A stretch of 64,000 nt of DNA from Amoeboaphelidium protococcarum X5 (Eukaryota > Fungi > Aphelidiomycota), in the NCBI GenBank assembly GCA_023515725.1, contig JALDTO010000069.1, positions 1 to 64,000 of the forward strand, written 5' to 3'. Both the position numbers and the translations under genes were made by a program. Below the pieces are notes generated by a model. That model did not search any database, had not been told where the DNA came from, and was given only the letters and a program-made list of their open reading frames with translations. Every line of letters starts with the position of its first letter. Position 1 is the first letter of the stretch. Positions 1 through 12,961 of the stretch are shown here, piece by piece.

Positions 1-340
1 CCGAGATGGTCAAATCTGACCGATGGCTGCTGAAATTGGCAAGTTGTTGTGAGTTATGCTCAGGTGGCGTTTATCGCGCGCGTGGCTTTTGTGTTTCAAA
101 GAAGTATTTATATGGAGATGGAATTTGATGGAGAGACGAAGGAAATTCGACCTCTGGGAAATTCAGCGAGACAGACGGAGACTTCGCGAGAGACCGCTCA
201 GTTGAAGACGGACTCTCCCTGAGCACCCTGAATGCTTGAGTGAATGAGTAAGAGAAAGTCAAGTTAAAAGTTGCATGTATAAGGGAAACATTAATCGTCA
301 TCATTTTTGAAAAATCACATTCATCATTTATCACCATTAT

Positions 341-1264
341 TCATTACTGATTTAATTAATTTCTCAGTCTGTCAACTTCAAGAGCCAGTACATCACGCTC
401 CTGCTTGAGGACGCGTACAAAGTCAATAGCCTTGATCAGTAGAACAGCCTTGGACACTTTCTTATGAACCAGGCCAGGGATTTCCATCTTCAACTCGTCA
501 AAGCCATTCTTGATCTGGTTGCGTCGCTTCTTCTCACACTCAATGTGCATTTAGCGTCGCTACTCACTTGACTGTGTCGGAGAAGGGGACTTATAGTTTG
601 GATCTGAGAGGGACGCAAGAGCCATGCGTTGAGCATTCGTCAACTTTTGTGAGTATTGATTAGTTTGCAAAGGTCTCAGATTACTGGCAGCCGTGGATGC
701 TGAAGTTGATTAAGTCAAGCTTCTGTTAGGCTTTGCAGTCGGTGTAGACATGGTAGATGGAAAATTGCCAAAGCTGCCACCAGATAGAAATTAACTAGGA
801 CTAGTTGGAGTAGAGATGGCATGTCGATCTTGATCAAGTGCAGACTAGAGGTAGAAATTACTTAAGGGCGTGGACAGGGAGGTAGAGGGGACACTAGGAT
901 CCAGATATTCGTAATACTGCGCCAAACCATCAATGTTCGGGTTGGACGAGGATAGCGCGTCAGAATAGAGATTAGGACTTATTAGCTGCAGACCATTACC
1001 GTCATCCTAGTAAGAGAGGACTTCAACGTCATTGCCCAGCAGTGAGGATGAAGATGAGAAGGCCTGTTGGCTCAGTTTAGCTCCATTCCACAAATGATCA
1101 GCGTTAGACATGGCTTGAGGGGCCGTCTACAGATTATTGTTATCTGATGCAGCACGCGCCAACAGCTGCTTATCGCCGCCTTTGTTCAGGCGACCTTTAT
1201 CAGCTGCTGTAGTTGCATTCGAGGCAGTCGTAGCATTAATATTGGAATCAATTTAAGGAGTCAT
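341..1264 (-). CDS. bHLH(-ZIP) transcription factor, Max/Mlx/Ino4-like, ~307 aa
   Basis: Single frame ATG(1264) to TGA(341) with TAR=Gln. C-terminal basic-HLH SEQRRQMHIECEKKRRNQIKNGFDELK...KVSKAVLLIKAIDFVRVLKQE follows a Ser/Thr-rich N-terminus. Confidence 0.85.
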
Positions 1265-2051
1265 TGTGTAGATAGTCAGTTATTTAATCGTTAATTAGGT
1301 GTATATCAGGATTCTATAGATAATAATAAGCGTTATAACAAGCAAGATAAGAAAGAAAGCCATTTGAATAAATTTAAATGGTGCGTCAATTCATGTCAGG
1401 TTACAACAGCCTCTGATAGCGGTACACGAAAGCAAATGTATTGGCGATGGATGAAAGCGCGTGATGTTACATTAAACGTCTTGTTACTTCAGTCACTATT
1501 TACGCGTGCCTTCAGACCCCTATGGCAGAGTCATGTCTACAGCTCGGTCATAGCGATTATAGTGCAGTAATTTCTCAATTAGATCCACATGAGTCAACAC
1601 CATTCTTCGGCAGCAATATCGCTTCAATCCCAACTGATCGAGAGCCTCACCTTCTGAATAATCAGCCTGCAACAACGAAAGGTATTAATCCCATTTATTA
1701 CCAATAACCTTCCCACACTACACTAATATAAATGTGAATTTAGATATAAGAGCAAATATGATAGTTATATACAACTTACAGAGAAGCAGCGAACAGGAAT
1801 TATCATGATGATCAAATCTCAAATTCTTTGTTATATTTTCACAGAAAAGCCGTAGTCGGCGCGTTGCTGTAGCTTTGATGTGTAGGCGGCACATGGACAA
1901 GTTAAACGACACACGTCAGTTTACACTCGCATGGAGTGACTGACAGTTAAGTTTCAGGCGATGGATTGTGCTAGTAGAAGGGTGGAATAAAAGAAAACCT
2001 TTATTCAATTACTTTAAATTTCTTATTCACCCTCATCCTTTCATTCATAGT

Positions 2052-4790
2052 TCAATTATACTACTTTGCCCATTCAGCTACTAGGTCCCTGTCTCTTTTA
2101 ATCCACTGCGCCTGCCTTTGAATACGCTCCAGTCCAGTCTCTATAGAGTGGCTGATAGAACTGGTTTCCTTGCTATCAAAGAATGACTTCGCGTCATTGT
2201 AATACTCTTGAGAATTCAATGCTTGCAATGAGAGCTCTACCATGATATCCAGGTCGCTTAAGATCCCAGAGCTAAAACGTTGATGCAAAAGGTTCCAGTT
2301 TGATTTGACCCATTCCCACATTGTCTTAATTCCCTGAGGACTGTCTAACATTGCAAGCATAACACTGGAAATATCATCAGACTCGACGGCGGGGGTTAAA
2401 GCAAAGTCGAGCGTTTTCTTAATCAACTTTTCATCTCTAGTCATACCCAAAGCATACAAAAACGTGTTCTTTTGTTCCGATGTTGATGCATTCGTGTACA
2501 AACCCATGACACTGTCCCATTCTTTTACACCACCCTCTGCCACAGCGGTAGACAACACAGCCTATCTTAAATCTGGATGAATCGCAGACTGATTACCGGC
2601 GATAAAAGACTGAAATCTTCTCATGGCCTCAGCAATAAAGCCAGCATCACGTCCTTGGACTAACACCTATCCTAATACCAATGAACGGAGTTATTTAGTA
2701 ATAAAATCTTCTTTAGAATCATATTCCCAGCCCACTTTTTTGGCGGCTGGGAGAAAAACACCAAGCGTAAGTTGAGCAATCTTTGACAGCACTTCCTTCG
2801 GTTGATTCGAGAAAACAGTTCTGAATTGACCCAGATCCAAGGCTATTTATTACAAGACGCCGTACTAGTCTTCAGTTCTGAATCTCTCCAACAACTTTAA
2901 ACCATCGACGGTAGAACCAATACCAGATTTACCCAATGCAAAACAGTCAGCCACCAGCCCGATGCGATCAGCAGAGGTCAACTTTCCTTACTCAATAGCT
3001 TCCCCAATCTTGACCAAAGCTGCAGCTTCATATTAAGTACGATAAAAACCAGTATGCAAATGATTCAATTTGAAATAGCTTGCTTAAGATAGGCCAGGAA
3101 TTTCAATCTCTTGTTGAGACTCTTGTAGCAATCCACCTAAAGACTGTGAATGGGAGTCGGAGGTTATTATCTGCAGAGGCACCTACCATACAGTACTCCG
3201 GTTCGCGGAAGTAGAAGCGTTACCTCCATCATCAGATAAAAAACGCTGTTAACTAATGGTCAACACATTGCCGTTCTAGACCACCTTTACCAATGGAAAG
3301 CCAGGTTATTACGTCCACTCGCGCATAAATTTACCAACTGGTTTCCCACTAGCCTTTTCCAAATGGAGCCATAAATCTTCAATCTCAGCATTACGGTATA
3401 GAAACTCACGCATATAAGTTTGCAGACCAGTTTTGAAATCCTACTCACCCAGATAAGTAGACAGCATGCGAATGACACTTGCACCCTTACGGTAGGTGAC
3501 CGTGTCAAAAACTTGAGTAGCCACGGATGAGTTTCTTACAACAGCTTAAATTGGACGACTAGAACGTACACTATCAGCAGTCAAACCAGCTCGGTAAGTA
3601 CCGGAAAGAAAATAATTCCATACCTGCCAGTCTAGATAGAATGCGTCAACTGCCACCCAACCGGCCCAGGTAGCAAATCCCTCATTAAGGAATAAAGCGT
3701 CCCACCAAGTAGGAGTCACATAATTGCCGAACCATTGGTGAGAAACTTCATGGTTGACGAGATAAGCCACATCTAATTTAGCTTAAGAAGTACTAGACTC
3801 CTCGTTAAAGAGCACTGCGGAAGATTAGTAAATGTTCAACCCCCAATTTTCCATCGCTGACCCTGAGAAATCATTTACAGCAACTAGATCCAACTTTGGC
3901 AATGGATAAGGGATCTAGAAGTACCCAGAGTAATACTTGAGAGATTTAGAGGCAACTTCCAGAGCAAACTTACCATCATTGGCCTCACCTTTGGGGGCAT
4001 AAACACGCAAGACAGTCTTTTTAGCATCATCAGCCACAGCCTCGACATAATCAAGGTCACCAACGACCATAGCAAGCAGATAGGTACTCATCAAAGGAGT
4101 AGTGGCAAATGTGACTTCCTTTGTGCCATTTCCAACCACACGCGTAGAAATAACATTAGTGTTAGAGAGCGCAGTAAGGTTTGCACTGCATACGATAGAA
4201 ACATCAAAAGTAGCCTTCATATCCGGCTAGTCAAAGCACGGCAGACATCTGCGAGCATCCCCAGGTTAAAAATTAGTTACAGCCATATAAATTATCCGAT
4301 GAGTTTGAGGATCCTTAAACGACGAGCGATAGAAGCCAACCAGCCTATCGTTCAAAGTACCATCATATTCTATCGCCAAAGTAACGTTAGTGCCTCGCGT
4401 CAACTCTTAGTCAAGAGAGAGCGACACCACCTGCTTATCCTTATCAAGGCTGACCTTGTCAATTTAGACCTGAGCTGAGTTTCTAGTAGCACCAGTAGCA
4501 TTGGACGATGATGAATCCAAAGACAATGAAGAGCTAGTGAAATTCAAGTCCACAGCATTAAGCAGAATCTCCTACGTGTCTTGCAAGACTGCCAGCTTTA
4601 TCTCAACCTTGCCCTTGAAGGTGAATTAATTCAAATCAGGCTAGACTTGTAGCTTATAATTCAAAGGCTTAACACTGTCCGGGAGCACATCACGATCTTT
4701 CACGAGAGCAGCGGTCGAGTTCTTTTGAATCGCCAGTCCGTGGACGGAGACTGCAACAGATAGCAACGCCAACATTAATATATTCTTCAT
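2052..4790 (-). CDS. Secreted M1 family zinc aminopeptidase (ERAP/Ape2-like), ~912 aa
   Basis: Signal peptide [26 protein letters not shown] exopeptidase motif, [10 protein letters not shown]-x-NEGFA (HEXXH..E) and an ERAP1-like C-terminal domain. Continuous with TAR=Gln. Confidence 0.93.
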
Positions 4791-6508
4791 TCTATTTTTT
4801 CTATAATCCGTATTTCTATAAATGGTTGGTTAAATTGTAAAAAGAATTCTATAATAAGACTAAGCGCCATCTGACTACCTTGCCTAGCTCACGTTGTTAC
4901 ATTATGTAACACATGTTGTGTTCAGCCGTTGTAATGATATAGCTACATTAGCGAACACTACAAAAGAAACATCGTTTTTTTCAGAGTAAAACTTGAGAGT
5001 GCATATAAAAAAGCTGATTGTATAGGTAGCATTCACATGGACAAAACTAAATAAAATTTAGAATTAATAGACTAGTGCACGTATGCTATTGAGTTGTAAC
5101 AGACCTGTCATGTGGGTTAAGCGATCACTCGTACACTTTAAAAAAAGCTCCGGCGATCTTTTCATCGGGGTACCCACATATCCCCGTAGTAGCGACTGCA
5201 ATCTTCGAATTGTCTCAACGACGTAATAAAGCCCATAATCCAACCTGATATTACAACAGGACACCATCACCTTAACCTTGACCAGTTTAGCCTGACACCT
5301 TGCTTAAACTCATTGCATAAACCTTTCAACATCTGCAGTACCAATGAGCGCCTCCATAGCAGTACTAAGCACGGCAGCCGTCCACCATTTACCCAATTCA
5401 TCAGACGCAAAGAAAATCACAGTATGATGCAACAATAATGACTCTCAAACGTAATACTTCTTGATATAAAGACTAAACATTGAATTACAGCGCGATAGTA
5501 TTTCAGCAAGATATGCACCCAGACATCACACATTGCAAGCAAATAATCTACTCCGCCCAAGTCAAGCGCAACCAAAAGCTTCTTCTTTAAAACAACTCCA
5601 TGAACAATGCAAGCTCCATTAGAGTGACAATATATGAATGACCAGCGCCAAGACTGCAACAGTTTCATTAGAGGCGAACCCAAATCGGACAGTGGATGCA
5701 ACTTTCTATTATTGAACAATATCACAATTTCTGCAATTTCTTATCAAGAAGAGAAGTAAGGCGTCAACTTGCATCATTTTAACAAGACTGATTCAATCAC
5801 TAACACTATCGTATCAGACCACGTCATGATGCGTCATTGATATCCGAGTTTCTGATTAACTCGGCACACACGGACTGCAATCGCAAATATCATCATGAAA
5901 CGCTCTAGTCTAGAATCTTGACTTTGCAGGTATGGATAGCGCACGTTTTTTGACTTGGATACATAATAAGACAAATAGAGCTACAGATGTAGAATCAGAA
6001 TAATACCAGTGACATTAAAATGACGCGACAAGTCATCAATCAATGAGACTTTAACCTTCATATTTAGCAGAGTAATAATCAAACAAGGCGAGTTATTAGT
6101 TAAAGGAAAGACACGGGTTCAGAGAGAATATCTCGATTTAAGACCAGTTTCAATGGAACCCATATATATACTGAAACGCTACAAATCATATCAAAATACT
6201 TGTGAAACAAGCGAACCATCATCTTGTGATCTACTGTACTACAGAAAATTTTCAAAAAAACTTTGAAGTGCACGAACAAGAGATCGCCCCAAATTCTCTG
6301 TTGCTCTCGCCTCTCTTTATCTCACTCTCTCTCTCAATCTATTTTTCATTCAAACAAATCACTCCATCTCTTACATCTCACTCAAGGTGAAAGGAATCTG
6401 AACTTCAATTCTTCTCAAATACCCCATCCATCAAGTGTTGTATTATTCTATATTATACCACTGTCGGTATATCAATAAACAATTAAGCTGCTTCAATCTG
6501 AGAGGAAT

Positions 6509-8212
6509 ATGAGTACAATTCCATCTGCTAGGACATCATCTCTGCAACCTGTTGATTTGTAGAAATCACTGATTGACAGTACAGGAAGAGGCAGACAGTA
6601 GTAGTATTGTGTGAAATATGTTGAATTTATATAGCAAGACATTTAGAAACAGCAGCGATAGAGACATTTTATTAGTAAGAAGATTCTAATGGATCCAGAG
6701 CCAGAGGTTTAAAAGAAGGAGAAGAAGTTTTCATTCTATGGATTGTACAGTGGATTCAGCAGCGTTTCCTCTAGTGGTGGTAAGAAGGGAAAGGGATCCA
6801 ATAGTAATAATAGCAATTATAGTAATAATTCTAATCTTAATCTGGTTGCCATAACTAATCCATCACTCGCAAGTCATCCGGATTGGAAAAAGTTGAAGTC
6901 TCGCACAGTGGAAGATCTGTTGCACAACTCCAGCCTCTCCATTGTGGATGGAAATGAATAGGTTGCATTGACCTATCTCTCATTTATTCCGTAAAAGATT
7001 TTCAAAAAGAGTAAATGCATCCATCTATTGAACAGGATATTCGTATACGGTATAGTATATGGAATGGAGTCTGTGTGCCTATTTCTGTGTGACAGAGGCT
7101 TCCCGTCACATGTCAACTCATCAATTGCCGCAAACGTCAAATATGACAGTATATGTACCGTGCTTGGCTCTTCTATTGATAAACTGCCGCAGTATCTTAT
7201 AACTGCAGTTGCTTTTAACATGATTAATCTGGTCCGAGCATTGTTGAAGTTGGGCGCATCGATCAATCAGAAATGGTGTGGATTAACTCCTCTTATGGTG
7301 GCTGTGATGAAATGTAAACGTCTTCAGGATCCAGATGTTGCTCTGGAGTAGCGAGATGATATGTACGATATGCTTAGAGTTCTGCTTGAACTTGGTGCCG
7401 ATGTTAATATTGGTATTCCGCCAGAATAGTTGCTTAAGTTGAGCAAGTTGTAAAATTTGTTTATATAGTAGAATAATAGTGAGTAGCTAATTAGCGGTGG
7501 AGAGGTATTGGATGCTGCTAAACACGATCAAAACAATGAAGAATAGTCAGTATTGACGCCGTTGAATATTGCCGAATTTTATGAGGATGCTTAATTACTG
7601 TCGCTTTTATCGTCGTATTCATCCGCTAATGATAATAGAAAGACGTCGAAAGCGTCATCTAGTGGTAGCTCGTAATAATCTTCTGGCGGGAAAAGATCTT
7701 TTGGTAGAAAGAGTGCTGATTCCATGCTGTTGCAGTAGTAGATTACGAATATGGGCACGCTACCTAGAGCCAAGACGGCTGATGTGAGATCTGCTACTCC
7801 TCCTGCATCTTCAGCTTTATTCTCGTCTCATATTTTGTCGTCGTCGTAGTCATAGACTCTGTCTGCTGCATCATCATAGTCTTCAGTGGCATCCAATAAT
7901 GATCCTCCAAGTGGAAATCCGTCTAAATCTAAACATGAGAAGCGGGCAGGAACTCTCAGACCGTCTTAATTTCTTAAAGGCATGTTTAGTAAGAGCAGCG
8001 CTAACCATTAGAACAATTCAACTAGTGCTCAGAGTGATGTCTCTCGGTAAGCCAAATCTCAGGGCGATTCGACAAGTGGAAATTCTTAATAGAGCACTAC
8101 TGACGCTCCTCTATCCCCTATTCCAGACAGTGATGGTAACACTCAAAGTAATTCTGATGGGTTATAAGAGTAAAAAGAGGAGACAGTGCAACAAAAACTA
8201 GAATAAAAATGA
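6509..8212 (+). CDS. Ankyrin-repeat protein with Ser-rich disordered tail, ~567 aa
   Basis: One frame with TAR=Gln. Ankyrin-like segments LVRALLKLGASINQKWCGLTPLMVAV, MLRVLLELGADVN and LTPLNIAEF. Confidence 0.75.
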
Positions 8213-8340
8213 TCTTCAGCTGTTGCGGTATTATATAGCGCTATTGATATTCATAGTTCAATCATGTTAATCTCTTACCCATTAAAACGCTCTCTTTCTC
8301 TCTCTCTCTCTTTACTTGCCAAGCAACCAGACATGAATGA

Positions 8341-11162
8341 TCACAGCTTGCTCTCAGCGATCGGACCATTCAGCTCCACGGCGGCATTTGTAATAGCCAA
8401 CACATCTCTCTCCAACACTCTCACCTGGAATAGAATCTTCTTACCATCATCACTCTTCCACATCTCAGTCTGCAGAGTCTCACCAGGGAACACGTGTTTA
8501 GCAAAACGCACCTTTATACTCTTGAACTTGGATGGGTCGCTGTTGGCAAATTTTTAGAAAATCTAACGTCCTGCAATACCAAAGGTGCATAATCCGTGCA
8601 GAATAGGCACATCAAATCCACCCATGGCCGCCATCTCTGGATCAATGTGCAGTGGATTACGGTCACCATTCAAACGATACAGTGCAGCTTGATCTTCAAC
8701 GGTCTTCTCCTTGATAACAAAATCTGGTGCACGTTTAGGAGGATTGTTCTACGCGGTCGCGGCTCCACGATCAGAAACCTTCTTATTACCAACACCGGAT
8801 ATGCCACGAATAAAGTTGGAGTACTCATTGTAGCATACGACATTCCCAGACTAGTCCTTAGACGTGACACCAATAATGAGTATACACCCCTTGCCCTTGT
8901 CCAGAATATCAACCACCTTGGCTTCATTCGTCAACTGACCAGATGTTGGTAGTGGAGACTTTATTTCCAAATACTGTTCACCATGCAGCAACATCATTGG
9001 ATTAAATTGTCCAACAATATCTTGCATAGGAATGTTAAACATGAGAGGGAATGCAGGGATAACACCGTACGTTGGACACACAACGAATCTATCATTATTC
9101 TCATAGACCAAATTGAGATCCTTTCTACCGGCACCAACACTTAAATTATACAAAATAGAGTCTCTCTCTTCATAGGTGAACTTTTGGGTTGGAAAAGTCA
9201 TTTTCTTGGCTTATTCAACCTTGGCATCTCCGGCACCAGAACTAGATTGGGATGTCTGTTTCTTCTAACCAGAGGCCACATTACTAAAGTTCTCAAATAC
9301 AGCTTGTACACTATCTTGAGTGGAAGCTGGATTAGTGGAACGGCCATCATCGAAATTACAAATCTATGGCCACTTTGATTGAATGTCTTCAGGCTGCAGC
9401 GGCTGGTTAATTGGAAATCCAACTCCGCCAGTGCGCTGCCAACGGACGCGACTCACCCATCCACTACCAACTTCAAATACGGCACCAGTAGTTGTATTAC
9501 TCTCGTGCACCAAGAAGGCCATTAGAGGCGCGACGTACTCTGGCTTTAAAGCTTCCACCATCTCTGGAGGCATAACAGTCGCAGTCATTGCAGTACCAGC
9601 ATTTGGAGCGATAGTGTTCACAATAATGTTCTTCTTGGCACCTTCAATAGCCAAAGTATTACTGAATCCAATCAAACCAGCCTTGGCAGCACTGTAATTC
9701 GCCTAACCAAAGTTGCCATACAGACCAACAGCGGAAGCAGTATTGATAATACGTCCGTACTTTTACTTGACAAAGTGCGGCCAAGCAGCTTTGGTAACCT
9801 TGAAAGATCCTCTTAAATGCACTCTATGCACCAGGTCCCAATCTTGATCCGCCATTCTGGTAAAAGACTTATCTCTCAAGATACCCGCGTTATTAACCAC
9901 AATATCGATCCTGCCAAACGATTTGATAGCGGTATCTACCAACTTATCACCATCTTCTACGGAATCATAATTGGCCACGGCTTTACCACCGGCACGTTTA
10001 ATCTCTTCAACCACAACATCAGCTGCCATTTAACCACTCTTTGACTTGCCCAAATCATTGACCACCACGCTGCATCCCATTCTACCAAGAAGAACAGCAT
10101 ATGATCTACCAAGACCACCACCTGCCCCGGTAACAATGGCAACTTTACCATTAAAGTCCAACTGTGGAGACTTTGGGTTCTACGGAATCTACTTAGCCTG
10201 TTCCAAGATACCCATCCAGTCCACGTCCATGATAGTCTCTGGATGCTGAGCACCAGCTTCAAAGCTATTGACACGATCCCACTAGGCAGCCACAGTACCA
10301 GCAGTGAAAGAAGAATCAGTCTTGAAAATGACACCCTGACTGCGTTCTCTTCTCAATTTTGCAACAAATCCTGCACCCACCTCGAATAGACTACCATTCT
10401 CCTGACAAGATTCATGACAAAGATACAATACCAGAGGTGCGACGAATTCTGGTTTTAAATTCTCCAAAACTTCAGGAGGCATCACAGATTCAGTCATTCT
10501 AGATGCGGCTAGAGGAGCAATAGTATTGGCAAACACATTCTTTCTACCCCCTTCCTTGGCAAGAGTTAGTGTAAAGCCATGCAGAGCCAATTTGGCAGCA
10601 CTATAATTGGCCTGACCATAATTTCCATAGATACCAGCTGCAGATGCAGTGTTAATGATACGCCCAAACTTCTGCTTCTAAAAAACATCCCATGCAGCCT
10701 TGGTAACTTTATAACTACCACGGACATGAACAGCATGAACCAGATCCCAATCCTGGTCAGACATCCTGGCCATAGTCTTATCTCTCAGAATACCGGCATT
10801 GTTGATAACAATATCCACACGGCCGAATGCATCCAACGCAGTCTTGATGATCTAATCACCATCCTCCACAGAGTTGTAATTCGCCACAGCTTTTCCACCG
10901 CGAGACTTTATCTCATCAACAACGACATCAGCCGCCTTTCCAGAATGACCTTCACCACCTCTGGACACTCCCAAATCATTGACCACAACACTAGCGCCTC
11001 TATCAGCAAACGCAAGAGCATACACCTTACCAATACCTACACCATCACTTACAAAACTAAGTTAAAATCCATCACGACGAACAATAGAATGACAGTCGTA
11101 CCTCCACCAGCACCAGTTACAACGACAACTTTTCCGTCAAATCTCAATTATTAACCACCCAT
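8341..11162 (-). CDS. FOX2: Peroxisomal multifunctional beta-oxidation enzyme (2x SDR dehydrogenase + hydratase 2), ~918 aa, one intron (11037-11101)
   Basis: Two TGAGGG / NNAGILRD / [15 protein letters not shown] domains, MaoC hydratase motif (DRNPLHIDP...PILHGLCT) and C-terminal PTS1 SKL immediately before TGA. Confidence 0.97.
11037..11101 (-). other. Spliceosomal intron in FOX2 (65 nt)
   Basis: GTACG...GTAG; removal restores TGAGGGIGK. Confidence 0.9.
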
Positions 11163-11499
11163 AATATGCCAACTAATTTGAATATGAAGATAAACAATAC
11201 AACTTCTTAAAAAAGCTAACTCAATATATTCGTCTGTGCACCAAAGACAGTATTACACAGTTGAATGTACAGTAAAAGAGAGTGAGAGTGAGTGAGAGAC
11301 AGGAACGAGGGTCGCGTTTAGAAAGTTCTGACGCGTTTCGCGAAACAAAGCCAAGTCGAGCAGGAGAGACCGGTCGGATGGTCGTGAAGGTTCTTTCTAT
11401 CAGTTGCAGTCTCTTTAGCATAGGGAATTTATCTATAAACGTTGGTGAATTAATTTAAAAATGTAACAATATATTTTATGACTGAAATTGATGGGAGAT

Positions 11500-12842
11500 A
11501 GTGATACGTTGATGGAAATAACCTGACATGGTTGAGATCCGAGGCTCGCTAGACGAATAATACCAACAGCTGGCCATACGCTGAGATGACCGAGATGTTG
11601 CGTAAGTGCTTCGTGTCCAAATCCGCATCCGAGACGTTTTATTACGACAAGTGGCAGCGTCTGGCTAAGCGTCCAGAGGGGACACTAAGTAGTATTCTAT
11701 GTGTGTTACAGGACATGCTGGTAGTTGTCAGAAATGATGTTGATGTCTCCGAACATGAAGGCATTTGTCGCCTTCGTGAAAAGCTACCTGAGTATGAAGA
11801 TTGTTTCATTGCTTGTCGCGAGAAAACCTCTTTAGACGATGTGATCGAGGAGGTGCGCGAATTCTAGTATATACTAGAGTCGAGGAAGCGACAGCTGAAC
11901 AATGGAGCTAGAGATAACGCAAGGGATAATCAGCGTCGCACAAGAACTAATCGCTCTGGTTAATCCTCTTCCGTTTCTACTCCGACTCCTGCTCCTACGT
12001 CATCTGCAGCTACAGTTGCAGCTACTCTGGTTGATGTAACTACTCAAGGATCTGATACGCGTGGTCCTGAGAGACGAACTTGTCATCGCTGTAAGCAGGT
12101 GGGACATATCGTTAGTAACTGTCCGATGCGCTAGTGACGGTCGGAAGGAATCTATTATGATATGACGATGAAAACAATTGGAGTTCATAATTCTCATCCT
12201 GCTTTGTTGCTATCGTTCTTGTGTGGCTTGCAAGACGAAATTTGCCATGGAGTCTAATATCTCTATGGAAATCCTGCAGAATCATATTGACTGGTGATTG
12301 TCAGCTGTATCATTGATTCCGGTGCATCTCATTGTTTTGTGTCTCGTAAAGTGACCGAAAATTTGGGTATTAAGATCGAGTCGTATATTTCACCCGTTAA
12401 AGTCGCCTCTGGCTAGGTTGTTTCCACGTTAGGCCTAGTAAAGCTTCCTTATCGTATTGAAAATGTGAAGTCGATCCAGTAGTTCTATGTATTAGACTAC
12501 TCGGTTTCGATTGGTTGTCATATCATATCCTGCTATCAACTGAAAATTTAGAACGATCCTTATTGATTTGATTGATTAGTAGCGTAAGTTGACTGCTAAT
12601 GCAAAGCCTTTGCCTGCTCTGTTATAGCATTTGAATCGCGTTATCTTGAATTCTACTTCCCAGGCTGTACTGATGATGAACATGGTGGCGGCCGCACTAT
12701 GGATAGAGCGTCCGCGAATGGCCCTCAATATCATGCTGCCGCTGTTAGAACGTACACTACTGAAAGCATGCTGTATAGTGAAGGTGACGTATTACCGGAA
12801 GGTATTGTTACTGCTGGTGAGAAATCCCTTAGTTTAAACTGA
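11500..12842 (+). mobile_element. Decayed Ty3/gypsy-type LTR retrotransposon fragment (gag + aspartic protease; no RT or integrase seen)
   Basis: Gag-like helical region, then zinc knuckle CHRCKQVGHIVSNC (~12081-12122). Retropepsin motif CIIDSGASHCFVS (~12306-12345) is in the same frame but separated by two TGA codons. Confidence 0.8.
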
Positions 12843-12961
12843 AAACAAATAATAAAAATATTTAATTGCTTTAATGGCGTTTATTTAATATCAAATTTTT
12901 TCTTTACGGTAGAATGCATGGATATATAAAATTGACTTTAACATACTTAAAAGCACCGCCA

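Noticed and set aside
1-337. Minus-strand Ser/Pro-rich frame running off the window start
   Set aside because: Possibly the 5' part of a gene, but there is no clear start or motif, so it is too uncertain to call.
4225-4270. TAG/TAA = Glu alternative (aminopeptidase F[TAA]P and FD[TAG]P; ALDH [TAG]EIFGP, where Glu is common)
   Set aside because: Gln variants are tolerated at these sites, whereas invariant Gln positions in FOX2, PARG, GH81 and ALG10 use TAG.
5030-5900. Coding-like composition between the aminopeptidase and the ankyrin gene
   Set aside because: Every frame I tried is broken by TGA even under table 6 and no motif was recognised; possibly a decayed element.
8291-8311. CT microsatellite (similar tract at ~6320-6335)
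   Set aside because: Ordinary simple repeat in UTR/intergenic DNA; no CRISPR-like repeat-spacer array was seen anywhere in the window.
8264-11154. Many + strand ORFs in the supplied track over FOX2 (likewise over GH31, ALDH and ALG10)
   Set aside because: They are antisense shadows of well-supported genes on the opposite strand.
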